From positions 24,312 through 88,311 of the forward strand of contig CAJQIN010000002.1 of assembly GCA_905478465.1 (NCBI GenBank): 64,000 nucleotides of DNA, given 5' to 3'. The stretch comes from Minisyncoccota bacterium (GTDB lineage: Bacteria > Patescibacteriota > Minisyncoccia > Phycocordibacterales > CAJQIN01). Numbering within the stretch: the stretch's first letter is position 1; the number at the start of each line of letters is the position of its first letter. This document shows, one piece after another, positions 35,539 through 47,199 of this stretch. A program made the translations under genes and the position numbers. The notes beneath the pieces were generated by a model that had not been told where the DNA came from, ran no database searches, and saw only the letters and a list, made by a program, of their open reading frames with translations.

Positions 35539-36735
35539 TTAGGCGTTGACTTTTGTTACCACTCCAGCACCAACAGTCTTACCTCCTTCTCGGATAGCAA
35601 ATCGTGTCTGTGCTTCAAGAGCAACGGGAGCTGATAGTTTTACCTTAAAGGTAACAGTATCTCCTGGCATAACCATTTCTGTTCCTTCGGCAAGAGTTAC
35701 ATCACCAGTTACATCAGTTGTTCGAATGTAGAATTGTGGTTTGTATCCTGAGAAGAATGGTGTATGTCGTCCTCCTTCTTCTTTCTTTAGAATGTACACC
35801 TCAGCTTCAAAGTCTGTATGCGGTGTTACTGTTCCTGGAGCAGCAAGTACCTGTCCTCGGTGAATATCGTCTTTCTTTAGTCCTCGAACAAGAATACCAG
35901 CGTTATCACCAGCCATACCTGAATCAAGAGACTTGTTGAACATTTCAATACCGGTAACTGTTGTCTTTTGTGTATCCTTGATACCTACAATTTCAACTTC
36001 TTCACCAACCTTGATTTGTCCTCGTTCGATTCGTCCTGTTACCACAGTTCCTCGTCCTTCAATTGAGAAAATATCTTCAACTGGCATAAGGAATGATTTT
36101 TCAGTATCTCGCTCTGGAGCAGGAATGAATGTATCTAGGTGATCAACAAGCTCAATAACCTTTTGTCCCCATTCATCACTTGGCTCTCCTTCGAGTGCCT
36201 TAAGAGCAGAACCTCGAACAACAGGAGTATTTTCTCCATCAAACCCTTGTGAGGTAAGTAGTTCTCGTACTTCTTCTTCAACAAGATCGATAAGGTCAAC
36301 ATCTTCAACCATATCGCACTTATTAAGGAAAATAATAACCTTTGGTACTCCCACTTGCTTTGCAAGAAGAATATGCTCACGTGTCTGTGGCATAACACCG
36401 TCAGTCGCAGCAACTACCAAGATAGCACCATCCATTTGAGCCGCACCGGTGATCATGTTCTTGATGTAGTCGGCGTGACCTGGAGCATCAATATGTGCGT
36501 AATGTCGGTTAGGTGTTTCGTACTCTGAGTGAGAAAGTGCAATAGTAATACCACGTGCCTTTTCTTCAGGAGCGTTGTCAATTTGGTTCACATCTTTTAC
36601 TGAAGATCCATATCCATCTCCCTTTTTATTAAGAGTGGTCAAGATAGCTGCAGTCAAAGTTGTCTTTCCATGGTCAACGTGACCAATGGTTCCCACATTT
36701 ACATGTGGCTTTGATCGATCAAATGCATCTGCCAT
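35539..36735 (-). CDS. tuf: elongation factor Tu
   Basis: 398 aa, '[13 protein letters not shown]', 'DAPGHADY', 'NKCD'. Confidence 0.95.
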   Translation of the reverse strand: MADAFDRSKPHVNVGTIGHVDHGKTTLTAAILTTLNKKGDGYGSSVKDVNQIDNAPEEKARGITIALSHSEYETPNRHYAHIDAPGHADYIKNMITGAAQMDGAILVVAATDGVMPQTREHILLAKQVGVPKVIIFLNKCDMVEDVDLIDLVEEEVRELLTSQGFDGENTPVVRGSALKALEGEPSDEWGQKVIELVDHLDTFIPAPERDTEKSFLMPVEDIFSIEGRGTVVTGRIERGQIKVGEEVEIVGIKDTQKTTVTGIEMFNKSLDSGMAGDNAGILVRGLKKDDIHRGQVLAAPGTVTPHTDFEAEVYILKKEEGGRHTPFFSGYKPQFYIRTTDVTGDVTLAEGTEMVMPGDTVTFKVKLSAPVALEAQTRFAIREGGKTVGAGVVTKVNA

Positions 36736-36933
36736 AAATGATTTATGTTAAATAATAATTATAATTCTAAATTACCAAAAGTAAGTGCGCGAAAACCCTC
36801 TCTTACTTTTAGCAACTCTTTTATCTACAGTCGAAACCATAAACAAAATAGCGCAAAAACGCGTACGGATATCTTATCAAACAGAGAGTAATAGTCAATA
36901 GCTAACTGGCTTTAAATAAAAAAAACGAGGTCC

Positions 36934-36958
36934 AAAAAACACCCCGAAGGGTGTTTTT
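36934..36958 (-). terminator. terminator after fusA
   Basis: ACACCC-CGAA-GGGTGT then TTTTT (minus-strand orientation). Confidence 0.55.
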
Positions 36959-36961
36959 ATA

Positions 36962-39121
36962 CTAAGATTGTCTTGATTCTGCAATTTCTGTAGCTACATT
37001 TGGTGGAACAACATCATAATGATCAAATTCCATAGAAGCACTTGCACGTCCTGCGGACATTGAACGAAGTGTCGTAATATACCCAAACATTTCTGACAGA
37101 GGAACAAAGGCTTTCACCACTTGGTTCATACCCCTTTCTTCCATACCCTGAATTTGCCCTCGTTTTCCATTCAAATCTCCTGTAACGTCTCCCATGTATT
37201 GCTCTGGTGTTACCACTTCAAGCTTCATGATAGGTTCTAGAATAACAGGGTCTGCCATACGTGCTGCAGCCTGAAATGCTTGCGAAGATGCAATTCTGTA
37301 GGCAATTTCAGATGAATCCACATCATGACTTGATCCAAATGTAAGTTCACATGATACGTCGATTAACTTGTATCCGGCAACAATACCCCGATCCATTCCC
37401 TCTTTTACACCCTTTTCAACAGCAGGTATAAATTCTGCAGGAATAATACCTCCTTTAATAGAATCGATAAATTCAAACCCTTCTGATCGATGTACATTTT
37501 TAGGAAGTTTTCCACCCTCAGCAACAATTTCATTGTATTTAGACTCTGAAAGTGGCTTGATTGTAAGCTTCACGTGACCGTACTGTCCTTTACCTCCAGA
37601 CTGCTTGATATACTTCTCTTCTGCCTCAGCTGAACGTCGAATTGTTTCCATATAAGCAACTTGTGGGTTTCCAACATTTGCTTCAACAGCAAATTCTCGC
37701 TTCATTCTATCCACCATAACCTCTAGATGCAGTTCTCCCATACCTTGAATAACAGTTTCTCCCGTATCCTGATCAGTCTTAATATGAAATGTAGGATCTT
37801 CATCTGAAAGACGCTTTAGAGCCATTCCCATCTTCTCCTGATCTGCCTTTGTCTTTGGCTCGATTCTTAATGAAATAACAGGATCAGCAAATTCAATCTT
37901 GTCTAGAATAACAGGCTGGTTTTCATCACACAGAGTATGCCCGGTAATTGTGTCTTTCAACCCTACCGCTGCTGCAATTTCTCCTGCATAAACAGTCTTC
38001 ACTTCTTCTCGAGAGTTGGCATGCATTTTCAAAATACGTCCAACACGTTCTTTATTCCCCGTAATTGAATTGTACACATATGTACCAGATGACAATGATC
38101 CTGAATATACTCTTATATATGTTAGTTGTCCTACAAAAGGATCTGTTTGCAATTTAAAGGCAAGAGCTGAAAAAGGCTCTTCATCAGACGCTTTTCTTTC
38201 AACTTGCTCATCAGTCTTTGGGTCAATTCCTTTAATAGCAGGAACATCTAGAGGTGATGGTAAGTATTCTACTACAGCATCTAATATCAACTGCACACCT
38301 TTGTTTTTTAAAGCAGTTCCTGTGAAAACGGGAACAATTTGATTTGCAATCACTCCCTTTCGAAGAGCTGCCTTCAAATCAGCAAGAGGTATTTCTTCTC
38401 CTCCAAGATATTTCTCCATCATTTCCTCATCATTTTCAACAATCTTCTCAATAAATTCACCACGATACTTTTCAGCATCTGCTTTCATATCCTCTGGAAT
38501 ATCTTTTTCAACAATAGTACTTCCCATCTCTCCTTCGAAGTAATAAGCTTTCATTTTCAGAAGATCAATAACACCTTCAAATGCTTCTTCTGCACCGATA
38601 GGTAACTGAGCTCGCACAGCATGTGGCGTTAGGCGCTCAACAATGGAATTAAATGATCGGTCAAAACTTGCACCTGTTCGGTCAAGCTTGTTAATGAAAC
38701 AAATTCGTGGCACATGATACTTGTCAGCTTGTCGCCACACAGTCTCTGACTGTGGCTCAACACCAGCAACACCATCAAATACAACCACTCCTCCATCAAG
38801 AACCTTGAGTGATCGCTCTACTTCAACAGTAAAGTCTACGTGACCAGGAGTATCAATAATATTAAAACGATGTTTTAGCTCTGGATTCTCTTTGTCATAC
38901 GAAGGAGTCCAAAAACACGTCGTAGCAGCAGAGGTAATAGTGATACCTCGTTCTTTTTCTTGTTCCATCCAGTCCATGACAGCTTCTCCTTCATGCACTT
39001 CACCAATTTTGTGTGAAATTCCAGTATAAAAAAGTACACGTTCTGTTGTGGTAGTTTTTCCAGCATCAATGTGGGCAATGATTCCAATGTTTCGAACTCT
39101 TTCTAAAGGATAATCTCTCAT
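36962..39121 (-). CDS. fusA: elongation factor G
   Basis: 719 aa, '[13 protein letters not shown]', domains G, II-V. Confidence 0.95.
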   Translation of the reverse strand: MRDYPLERVRNIGIIAHIDAGKTTTTERVLFYTGISHKIGEVHEGEAVMDWMEQEKERGITITSAATTCFWTPSYDKENPELKHRFNIIDTPGHVDFTVEVERSLKVLDGGVVVFDGVAGVEPQSETVWRQADKYHVPRICFINKLDRTGASFDRSFNSIVERLTPHAVRAQLPIGAEEAFEGVIDLLKMKAYYFEGEMGSTIVEKDIPEDMKADAEKYRGEFIEKIVENDEEMMEKYLGGEEIPLADLKAALRKGVIANQIVPVFTGTALKNKGVQLILDAVVEYLPSPLDVPAIKGIDPKTDEQVERKASDEEPFSALAFKLQTDPFVGQLTYIRVYSGSLSSGTYVYNSITGNKERVGRILKMHANSREEVKTVYAGEIAAAVGLKDTITGHTLCDENQPVILDKIEFADPVISLRIEPKTKADQEKMGMALKRLSDEDPTFHIKTDQDTGETVIQGMGELHLEVMVDRMKREFAVEANVGNPQVAYMETIRRSAEAEEKYIKQSGGKGQYGHVKLTIKPLSESKYNEIVAEGGKLPKNVHRSEGFEFIDSIKGGIIPAEFIPAVEKGVKEGMDRGIVAGYKLIDVSCELTFGSSHDVDSSEIAYRIASSQAFQAAARMADPVILEPIMKLEVVTPEQYMGDVTGDLNGKRGQIQGMEERGMNQVVKAFVPLSEMFGYITTLRSMSAGRASASMEFDHYDVVPPNVATEIAESRQS

Positions 39122-39255
39122 AGTAATTTAAAATATAAATAATATTGTGTACTAATAATACGTACCCAAACGTTTTTTGCAACAGTCCATATACAACAAT
39201 AGTTTTTATAGAAATCTACAAAAACTATTTTAATTAAAAAGAATACTTTGTTTTT

Positions 39256-39726
39256 CTACCAAGCAAAGTGAGCAAAAGCCTTGTTTGCTTCAGCCATCTT
39301 GTGAGTATTCTCACGCTTCTTCACGGCTTCTCCCTCATTTTTACTTGCAAGAACAAGTTCTGTAGCAAGTTTTTTGTACATAGGCTTTCCTTTTCCTACT
39401 TTTGCAGCCTTAATAATCCATGTCATAGCAAGAAATATACGTCGATCTGTTCGTATTTCTCGTGGAACCTGATAGTTTGCTCCTCCCACTCGTCGAGAAC
39501 GAACCTCAACTTGTGGACCAGCATTTTGCAAAGCAAGTTCAAAAATCTCAAGGGGAACCTCTGTTTTTGCTTCTTTTTTTATCTCTTCAAAAGCACCGTA
39601 AACAATTTTTCGAGCTGTCTCCTTTTTTCCATGTAACATAACATGGTTAATGAATTTCTCTAATGACTCTGAATTGTAGACAGTGTCTGGAGAAACAATA
39701 TTTCGATTTTTTACTGGTCTTCGCAT
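39256..39726 (-). CDS. rpsG: ribosomal protein S7
   Basis: 156 aa, S7 family. Confidence 0.9.
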   Translation of the reverse strand: MRRPVKNRNIVSPDTVYNSESLEKFINHVMLHGKKETARKIVYGAFEEIKKEAKTEVPLEIFELALQNAGPQVEVRSRRVGGANYQVPREIRTDRRIFLAMTWIIKAAKVGKGKPMYKKLATELVLASKNEGEAVKKRENTHKMAEANKAFAHFAW

Positions 39727-39747
39727 AATAACTTAGTATATATAAAT

Positions 39748-40161
39748 TTAGTCTTTCTTTGGTCGTTTAGTACCGTATCGTGATCGAGCATTTTTTCGAT
39801 TCTCCACACCTGTTGCATCGAGCTTTCCTCGAACTACAGTATATCGAACACCAATATCCTTCACTCGTCCACCTCGTAATAGTACAACTGAGTGCTCTTG
39901 CAGGTTATGTCCCATACCTGGAATGTATGCTGTTACTTCCATTCCGTTAGTAAGTCGTACACGAGCAATTTTTCGAATAGCTGAGTTAGGTTTTTTAGGA
40001 GTCTTTGTTGTTACTTTTGTACACACCCCTCGCTTGAACGGAGAGTTGTAAATAGTAGGTCGGTTTTTAAGTGTATTGAACCCACGTCCAAGAGCCACGG
40101 TCTTCTTCTTTTGAATTCGACTTTGGCGTCCTTTTCGTACTAGTTGATTAACTGTTGTCAT
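39748..40161 (-). CDS. rpsL: ribosomal protein S12
   Basis: '[12 protein letters not shown]...PKKPNSA'; promoter TTGCAT-N17-TAAAGT at 40199..40227 (minus). Confidence 0.9.
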   Translation of the reverse strand: MTTVNQLVRKGRQSRIQKKKTVALGRGFNTLKNRPTIYNSPFKRGVCTKVTTKTPKKPNSAIRKIARVRLTNGMEVTAYIPGMGHNLQEHSVVLLRGGRVKDIGVRYTVVRGKLDATGVENRKNARSRYGTKRPKKD

Positions 40162-40353
40162 ATAAAATTAAAAACTGCCTAGATATGCAGTGACATGTAC
40201 TTTAATGCAAAGTAACAAATAATGCAAGCCTTTATATCTATCTATATAAAGAAGAGGATATAACAATCAAAAACCACCTCGAAGGGTGGTTTTCATCTTT
40301 ATATAAGCAACGTTATTATTTTTTAAATAAAGATGTTTTTAAAAGTACAAAAC

Positions 40354-40986
40354 CTAAATCACAATAGGCATACCCGTCATCAGCTTAAATATTCCTAATA
40401 TCACAGGAATAAACCATTGCCAAAGAAACAAAACAAAAATAATCACAAAAACAAAAGAATGTTTTTCTAGGAAAACCCGGATATGAGACAAACGCCTAGG
40501 TAGAGCAGTAAATAAAATCTTTGAACCATCAAGAGGCGGTATAGGGATAAGATTAAAGCAAGCAAGAACAATATTAATAAATACAACAAAAGCAGAAATC
40601 TTCACAAAAGAAGGTGATAGATTCAAATAACCACCATTCATACGCAAAATAACGCTAAATATGATAGCAACGGCAATATTTGTAAGAGGACCCGCCACAG
40701 CCACAATAGCATCTCCCCATTTATGAAATCGTTTGAAGTTATAAGGATTATATACAACAGGTTTTGCCCACCCCACAAGAAAACCTCCAAGAACGTAGAA
40801 CAACGTCGGTACAATAATAGAACCAAAAATATCAATATGCTTCAAAGGGTTCAGAGTAAGTCTCCCTTGTAATTTTGCAGTAGGATCCCCTAAAGCAAGA
40901 GCGGCATATCCATGAGCAACTTCATGAATAACGACAGACATCAAAAGAATAGCTAAAATAAAGATAAATTCCATAACAATGTTCAA
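40354..40986 (-). CDS. site-2 protease family (M50) zinc metalloprotease
   Basis: 'HEVAHG' HExxH motif and 'NLIPIPPLDG' within a polytopic membrane protein. Confidence 0.7.
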   Translation of the reverse strand: MNIVMEFIFILAILLMSVVIHEVAHGYAALALGDPTAKLQGRLTLNPLKHIDIFGSIIVPTLFYVLGGFLVGWAKPVVYNPYNFKRFHKWGDAIVAVAGPLTNIAVAIIFSVILRMNGGYLNLSPSFVKISAFVVFINIVLACFNLIPIPPLDGSKILFTALPRRLSHIRVFLEKHSFVFVIIFVLFLWQWFIPVILGIFKLMTGMPIVI

Positions 40987-41074
40987 TATAATAACATAAT
41001 CTTTAAAAGATTTTCTAGTGGAATATACCAGCTATTGCATTATTTCCTTATATATATTAAAGTAACCCCTACTT

Positions 41075-41320
41075 ATGGCAAAAACATGCGCAATCACAGG
41101 TAAATCAGGTCAAATGGGTGGCGGGTACTCAAACAGTACGCGTGCAACGCAATTTAACCCGACTGGAAAACGACGTCGAAAGGCTAATATACAAAAGAAA
41201 CGTATTTTTGTACCTGAATTAAAAAAACACATTACTCTCCAAGTATCATCTCGAGGACTCAAAACTATCCAGAAGAATGGAGCTCATAGTGCGCTCACAA
41301 AAGCAGGCGTAATTAAATAA
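41075..41320 (+). CDS. rpmB: ribosomal protein L28
   Basis: 'MAKTCAITGK...KRRRKANIQKKRIFVPEL'; promoter TTGCAT-N17-TAAAGT at 41035..41063 leaves a ~5-nt leader. Confidence 0.7.
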   Translation: MAKTCAITGKSGQMGGGYSNSTRATQFNPTGKRRRKANIQKKRIFVPELKKHITLQVSSRGLKTIQKNGAHSALTKAGVIK

Positions 41321-41348
41321 AAAAACAATCGGTTATCCGATTGTTTTT

Positions 41349-42194
41349 TTATTCCCTCCACCATCCCTTTCCATCAGACACGAAACTAATATTCCCCTCT
41401 TTTGAGGTTTCTAAATATTCCACCTCAAAATTATCTAATATATCCAAAACTTCTTGATGTGGGTGTCCATAACGATTACCCTCTCCTGCAGATATAACAA
41501 CCTCTTCCGGAGAAACTTTTTGCAAGAATATTTCTGATGTAGAAGTTCGTGAACCATGATGCCCTAATTTGAGAATATCACTCTGGAGTAAACTACCTTC
41601 TAAAGGAATAAGATATTCCTCCACAGAAATAGATGCATCACCAGTAAGCAGAAAGCTCACTTCTCCATATATAACCTTTGCCACAATAGAGCCCCCATTT
41701 CCGCCACTCACAGCATACTCCTCAGGAAAAAGTATCTGCACATACACACTTTCACCCATATCAATAAGCATTCCTCTTTCAGCATAGACAACGTCAGAGC
41801 CTTCACCCAAAACAGCCTGCTCAAAAGTTTCAAAAATATGCGTACCAGATGAAGCTTTTGTACGTAATACACCTGAAATGCTGTACCGATCAAACACAGC
41901 CGCAGATCCTCCCACATGATCAGCATCCGGATGCGTTATCATCATAATATCAATATCTCTATCAAAAAAAGACATTTCTTTTCCCAAAGCACGTAATACG
42001 GATTGATTTGGACCTGTATCAATAAGCATCTGCACACCTGATGGTGATGTGATAAGAATAGAATCACCCTGACCAACATCAAGAAAGGTAACAATTAAAA
42101 ACTCTTTACTCGAGCCAGAAAGTGAGTACCAAAAAAGCACACCCACACAAAAACTCAAGACACTACACACAAAAAACCTTCTAGAAAATAGCAT
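41349..42194 (-). CDS. ComEC C-terminal-type metallo-beta-lactamase domain protein (separate ORF)
   Basis: 'FLDVGQGDSILI...IDTG', 'HPDADH' MBL motifs; N-terminal TM anchor. Confidence 0.6.
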   Translation of the reverse strand: MLFSRRFFVCSVLSFCVGVLFWYSLSGSSKEFLIVTFLDVGQGDSILITSPSGVQMLIDTGPNQSVLRALGKEMSFFDRDIDIMMITHPDADHVGGSAAVFDRYSISGVLRTKASSGTHIFETFEQAVLGEGSDVVYAERGMLIDMGESVYVQILFPEEYAVSGGNGGSIVAKVIYGEVSFLLTGDASISVEEYLIPLEGSLLQSDILKLGHHGSRTSTSEIFLQKVSPEEVVISAGEGNRYGHPHQEVLDILDNFEVEYLETSKEGNISFVSDGKGWWRE

Positions 42195-42237
42195 ATGTTA
42201 CACTAGAATATATCATTATCTATGTAACATAAAAAAT

Positions 42238-42831
42238 ATGTACCCAGAACAAACATTCAACATCCCACAGCTACAAGGAATTTCACAAACAACTACAGAA
42301 GAACACCTCAAACTATATGCAGGGTATGTAAAAAATACCAACCTTGTACTTCAAAAAATATCTGAACTTTCAAAAGATGAAAGTACAAATGTATACACCC
42401 TCGGAGAACTTCAGAGACGATTCTCTTTTGAATTCAATGGCATGAAAAATCATGAAATATTTTTCAAATCATTTGAAGGTGGACCTTCTGAACTTTCTGC
42501 AGACAGTTCTCTAAAAGAAAAAATTACAAATACTTGGGGATCATACGACATATGGCTTTCTCGTTTTAAAGCCATCGCAAAAACTCGAGGAATTGGCTGG
42601 GCAATACTCTCATACGACAAACAGACAGATACTCTAATAAACAGCTGGACTGACGAACAACATATCGGACAACTAATAGGAGTCACTCCGATACTAATGA
42701 TCGATATGTGGGAACATTCTTTTGTCGCAGACTATCAACCAAGCGGCAAAGGAAATTACATTGAAGATTTTTTCAAAAACCTTAACTGGCAAAATATTGA
42801 AAAAAACTTTTCTGAAGCGCAGAATAAATAA
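42238..42831 (+). CDS. Fe/Mn superoxide dismutase-like protein
   Basis: C-terminal 'DMWEHSFV' (DxWEH ligand motif) and 'WGSYD...GWAIL'. The N-terminal region has a single His ('EEHLKLYAGYV') where SODs have HHxKHH. Confidence 0.55.
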   Translation: MYPEQTFNIPQLQGISQTTTEEHLKLYAGYVKNTNLVLQKISELSKDESTNVYTLGELQRRFSFEFNGMKNHEIFFKSFEGGPSELSADSSLKEKITNTWGSYDIWLSRFKAIAKTRGIGWAILSYDKQTDTLINSWTDEQHIGQLIGVTPILMIDMWEHSFVADYQPSGKGNYIEDFFKNLNWQNIEKNFSEAQNK

Positions 42832-42871
42832 TATAAAAAATACCTAGAAGAAAAATCTTCTAGGTATTTTT

Positions 42872-44281
42872 TTATTTAAACTTCCACACAATAAAAAGTA
42901 AGCCTGCATACATAAGTGCCACCATCCACAAAGAAAATTGTGGAACCGAAACTGCCGCATACGGCAGACTGGCTGATACGTGTACAATCCACAACTCATA
43001 CCCAAGAAGAAAATACGCAGGAACAGCGATAACTTGCAAAGGAAATATTCCTGATATAAAAGACGCAAGCATTGCCAAAGGAACACTCGGAAGAACCAAC
43101 AGATTCGATACAAAAGAAATAATAGATACATTCCCCACCTGATACACCAGCCACGGCATAACAAAAATTTGTGCTGAAAAAGTTGTCATAATAATTTCTC
43201 GAAGTCCAATTTTTTTTGGTACCCAATAAAATATTTTCTCTGCCACAGGCGTAAATGAGATCAGACCAAAGGTAGCGATAAAAGAAAGCTGAAAAGAAAT
43301 ATCACTCGAAAGTATTTTTGGATTATGAAGTACCATAAAAAATCCTGCTAAGAAAAGTGCTCGAATGGCATCATACGGTCTTCCTGTATAACGAGCCACG
43401 AGAGCCAAAAGTCCCATAATAGTGGCACGAATTACAGTAGCCCCTCCGCCAACAAGAAGTGCAAAAAGTACCATTCCCACAGCACTAAAAATACTAGCCA
43501 CAACAAGAGGAAGAAAACCGAGTAGTACAAAAAAGGTTTCAGCAATGATGGTAAGGTTGTACCCAGAAAGAACAATGATATGAGAAAGTCCTGCGATACG
43601 AAACTCATTTTCAACATCTTTTCCTAAGGACTGTTTTTCTCCGAGAAGAATACCCCCAGCAAGAGAGGAATGTGGTTCAGGCAAAACATACTGTATATTT
43701 TTCACAAACCAATTTTTCACCCCATCAAGAAATGATCCCCGAGATAATCCACCCATGCTCATTCTCTCTATCGCATCTGGTTTTGATATTTCCAAAAAAA
43801 TATTATCTTTCGACAAATACGTTTCATAATCAAATATTCTCCCATTATCTGTTTCAAAATTTTCAGGTTTTTTTGCTATTCCAGATACTCGCAACCTATC
43901 TCCATATCGAATATCAGAATACATCTCATCCCATATGAGCACACGGAAGTGTTTTATCTCATCGAGAGAGAGGATAATGCGTGTGCGATACTCTCTTTGT
44001 TCTGGCGAAGAAATAACAGTTCCTTCAAGTGAAACACTCTCTCCGTTCCACCTTTCAGAGAAAGCGTGGGGTGTTGTGTCTATAAAAAAATACCTCGCTT
44101 GCCCAAGACCCAAACACATACATATAAGGAAACACACACCAAGATATTTTGCAGGCAAACCTTTTAAATACAAAAACAAACCGTATAAAAATAATATCAC
44201 TGATACCAAACACACAAAAAGAAAAAAAGTTTTGTTGTGAAACAAAACTCCTAAACAAAATGCGATAACAAAAAAATACAT
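42872..44281 (-). CDS. ComEC/Rec2-family competence membrane channel (N-terminal portion)
   Basis: 469 aa polytopic membrane protein with a competence-domain-like core; the MBL domain is encoded separately at 41349..42194. Confidence 0.6.
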   Translation of the reverse strand: MYFFVIAFCLGVLFHNKTFFLFVCLVSVILFLYGLFLYLKGLPAKYLGVCFLICMCLGLGQARYFFIDTTPHAFSERWNGESVSLEGTVISSPEQREYRTRIILSLDEIKHFRVLIWDEMYSDIRYGDRLRVSGIAKKPENFETDNGRIFDYETYLSKDNIFLEISKPDAIERMSMGGLSRGSFLDGVKNWFVKNIQYVLPEPHSSLAGGILLGEKQSLGKDVENEFRIAGLSHIIVLSGYNLTIIAETFFVLLGFLPLVVASIFSAVGMVLFALLVGGGATVIRATIMGLLALVARYTGRPYDAIRALFLAGFFMVLHNPKILSSDISFQLSFIATFGLISFTPVAEKIFYWVPKKIGLREIIMTTFSAQIFVMPWLVYQVGNVSIISFVSNLLVLPSVPLAMLASFISGIFPLQVIAVPAYFLLGYELWIVHVSASLPYAAVSVPQFSLWMVALMYAGLLFIVWKFK

Positions 44282-44291
44282 CCCTCTCTAC

Positions 44292-44993
44292 TTACAACTT
44301 CTTGTATGTTTCTATAATATCTTTTTCATCAGAAGGGCTAAAAGATTTTTTGAATCGTGCACCAGAAGTTCCTTTGACTCGTTTCTCTGTTTCTGCCCAT
44401 GTGGCATGTATCTGAACATCTCCATTAACACAACTCACATATGAATATGCTTTTTTTCCTGAATTACTTTTCCCTTTCTTTTTTTCATGTGTCACCGAAA
44501 GATTAGCTAGATCAACTCCATACCCTTCCAAGCTTCCCTTATACAAAGTGACATCTTTTCCTTCTGCCAAATTTGAAGCGATTTCATCTACCCGTTCATT
44601 TCCGGCAATTCCACTATGTCCAGGAATGTGAATAATCTCCACATCATGCACTTCAAGAAAGGTATCAATATCTTCCCACAACCCCTGATGAGTAACTGGT
44701 GTTTTTGCTTTTGTCATCCAACCATTTGCCTTCCATGAAGCAACCCATCTATTCACACCATTCATCACGTACTTTGAATCCATATATACTTTTATCTTTT
44801 GATCCTGTGATTTCACATTTCGTAATCCTTCTAACAAAGCCAAAAGTTCCATTTCATTATTTGTGGTATTTGCTTTAGCACCACCAAGTTCAGTAACAAT
44901 TTCAGGTGTGGCCACAATAGTTCCCCACCCGCCTTTACCCGGATTTCCTTTTGAAGCTCCGTCGGTAAAAATAACAATGCTGTCAGTTTTTTT
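44292..44993 (-). CDS. rnhA: ribonuclease HI with C-terminal extension
   Basis: 'IVIFTDGASKGNPGKGGWG' and a 'DSKYV' DEDD-type RNase H core. Confidence 0.75.
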   Translation of the reverse strand, partial: KKTDSIVIFTDGASKGNPGKGGWGTIVATPEIVTELGGAKANTTNNEMELLALLEGLRNVKSQDQKIKVYMDSKYVMNGVNRWVASWKANGWMTKAKTPVTHQGLWEDIDTFLEVHDVEIIHIPGHSGIAGNERVDEIASNLAEGKDVTLYKGSLEGYGVDLANLSVTHEKKKGKSNSGKKAYSYVSCVNGDVQIHATWAETEKRVKGTSGARFKKSFSPSDEKDIIETYKKL

Positions 44994-45009
44994 CATATCA
45001 GATATCATA

Positions 45010-46674
45010 CTACATACAATCAATAATTCTCAAACGTCTTTCTTTTCTTCCGGCGAAAAATGACTCTTCTAAATTTGCAATGAGTGTTAAAGGTTTTCCA
45101 ATTTCTGGAATTTTTTCAAAAGAATCTTGGGTCATAAAAAAACCAATTGACCGAATACTTCCGAATTGTAATTCCAAATGGTTCTTTCCCGCTCCAAATA
45201 ATTTTATATTTGTTGGTGTAATATTTTTAAACATAAATACTGGTTTTGGATTACCAACACCAAAAGGAGAAAGCTTTGACACCACAGCAAAAAGTCTTGG
45301 GTTAATATCTTGTAAAGAAAGTTCTGCATCAATCCACTCTGGCTCTCTCTCAGATGCAGACTGATTTAAGGTGTCACAGGAGAGACAGAGTTTTTCTTCT
45401 AATGTATGAATGTGTTCCTGGTCAACAGCAAATCCTGCTGCCATCTTGTGTCCACCATAGTGAGTAAAAGAATCAGCAGTTCCATTCATAACATCAATAA
45501 GACTGACTGACCCATCAGAACGACACGAACCTTTCAAATCTCCTTCACCTTCTCTTCCCCAAAGAAAGACAGGCTTGTTATGTTCCTCCGCAAGCTTGTT
45601 CGCCACAAGACCAAGGACCGAAGGTTTCCAGTCAGGATCTCCTGCAACAATGACACTTCCTAAGGTTTCTCTTTTTTTTATTTTCGCATGAACCTTTCTA
45701 ACCAAAGAAGCAACAAGGGCTTTCCGCTCATCATTTATTTTTGATAAATGCTTAAACTGCACTCCTGCCTCAACTTCATTTTCTGCCACAAGTAATTTAA
45801 ATGCATCATCTGGATGCCCCATTCGAGATGCGGCATTGATACGAGGAGTGATAAGAAAACCAATATCATCTTCCGACACTGTAGCTTTATTTATCTTTAA
45901 CCCTTTACACATTTGCAAAAAAGCAGGTCGCGGAGTTTTTCTCAAAACCATGAGTCCATAATGAGCAAATATCCTATTCTCCCCAACCAAAGGAACCATG
46001 TCTGAAAGAGTGGCAAGCCCAACCAAATCTAGCCACCATTTCTCCATCCCTTTTTTCAAACCGAAATCTCTTGTTGTCAAAATTGCTTGAATAAATTTGT
46101 ATGCCACTCCACTACCACAAAGCTCCTTAAACGGATATTCACAATCCAATCTCTTCGGATCAAGGACGGCAACAGCTACAGGAAGCTCTCCATTTGGTTC
46201 ATGATGATCTGTAATGATCACATCCATACCAAGATCATTAGCTTTTTGAACCTCTTCATTTGCAACAATGCCCACATCAATAGTAATAATTAGATGTGTT
46301 CCATCTTTAGCAAACTCTTCAATTGCTTCCAAATGAAAACCATACCCCTCATCATTTCGATGTGGAATATAATTCACAAAATTTTCATAACCAATCTTCT
46401 TTAGAAAATCATAAAAGAGTGCACCACCTGGAATACCATCAGCATCAAAATCACTGTATATAACAATTCTTTCCTTCTTCTCAACCGCTTCCAAAAAGCG
46501 TTTCACTGCAATATCCATATCTTTCATGAGAAACGGATCATGTGTATGAGCATCGTAATCGGGAGAGAGAAAAGATTCTACATCTTTTTCTTCTGTTATT
46601 CCTCGGGTAGCAAGCAAATGTGCAGTCAATTCATTATCAATATCTCGACGTTTTCGTAGTTCATAGCGTTCCAT
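45010..46674 (-). CDS. recJ: single-stranded-DNA-specific exonuclease RecJ
   Basis: DHH motifs 'VIYSDFDADGI', 'ITDHHEP', DHHA1 region. Confidence 0.85.
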   Translation of the reverse strand: MERYELRKRRDIDNELTAHLLATRGITEEKDVESFLSPDYDAHTHDPFLMKDMDIAVKRFLEAVEKKERIVIYSDFDADGIPGGALFYDFLKKIGYENFVNYIPHRNDEGYGFHLEAIEEFAKDGTHLIITIDVGIVANEEVQKANDLGMDVIITDHHEPNGELPVAVAVLDPKRLDCEYPFKELCGSGVAYKFIQAILTTRDFGLKKGMEKWWLDLVGLATLSDMVPLVGENRIFAHYGLMVLRKTPRPAFLQMCKGLKINKATVSEDDIGFLITPRINAASRMGHPDDAFKLLVAENEVEAGVQFKHLSKINDERKALVASLVRKVHAKIKKRETLGSVIVAGDPDWKPSVLGLVANKLAEEHNKPVFLWGREGEGDLKGSCRSDGSVSLIDVMNGTADSFTHYGGHKMAAGFAVDQEHIHTLEEKLCLSCDTLNQSASEREPEWIDAELSLQDINPRLFAVVSKLSPFGVGNPKPVFMFKNITPTNIKLFGAGKNHLELQFGSIRSIGFFMTQDSFEKIPEIGKPLTLIANLEESFFAGRKERRLRIIDCM

Positions 46675-46696
46675 ATATTATGCTAGTATAACAGGA

Positions 46697-47098
46697 ATGA
46701 GTGATTCTATTTTCACAAAAATTATTAAACGAGAGATTCCTGCAGATGTCATTTATGAAGATACGAAAGTCATCGCTTTTCTTGATATTAATCCTGTAAA
46801 CCAAGGACACACGCTCCTTGTGACAAAAGAACCTTACACCTGGATGAGTGATGTGCCTGATGAACTACTCCAATATGCTTTTACCAAAGCTAAAGAACTA
46901 ATGATCCCTCTCAAAGAAGCGACCAAAGCTGATTTTGTGGCAGTACTTGTAATGGGAATTGACGTCCCCCACTTCCACATCAATCTTGTACCAAGAAAAT
47001 ACACTGACAAACCCCATTCTCTCTGGCCGACAAAAAAATACAAATACGGCGAAGCCAAAACAATTGCAGAAAAAATTAAAATAAATCTCTCGAAATAA
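46697..47098 (+). CDS. HIT-family hydrolase
   Basis: Histidine triad 'VPHFHINLVP'. Confidence 0.75.
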   Translation: MSDSIFTKIIKREIPADVIYEDTKVIAFLDINPVNQGHTLLVTKEPYTWMSDVPDELLQYAFTKAKELMIPLKEATKADFVAVLVMGIDVPHFHINLVPRKYTDKPHSLWPTKKYKYGEAKTIAEKIKINLSK

Positions 47099-47199
47099 TT
47101 CGAGAGTTTTTTAAAAAATTAGATATAAAAATGCCCCCCAGTACACGAAGTACTGGAGGGCGAATAGAACGACTTCTCATGAAACTCGTGGTTTACGAG

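Noticed and set aside
42238-42831. Calling 42238..42831 a fully canonical SodA/SodB
   Set aside because: The N-terminal metal-ligand histidines are not evident, so it is kept as 'SOD-like'.
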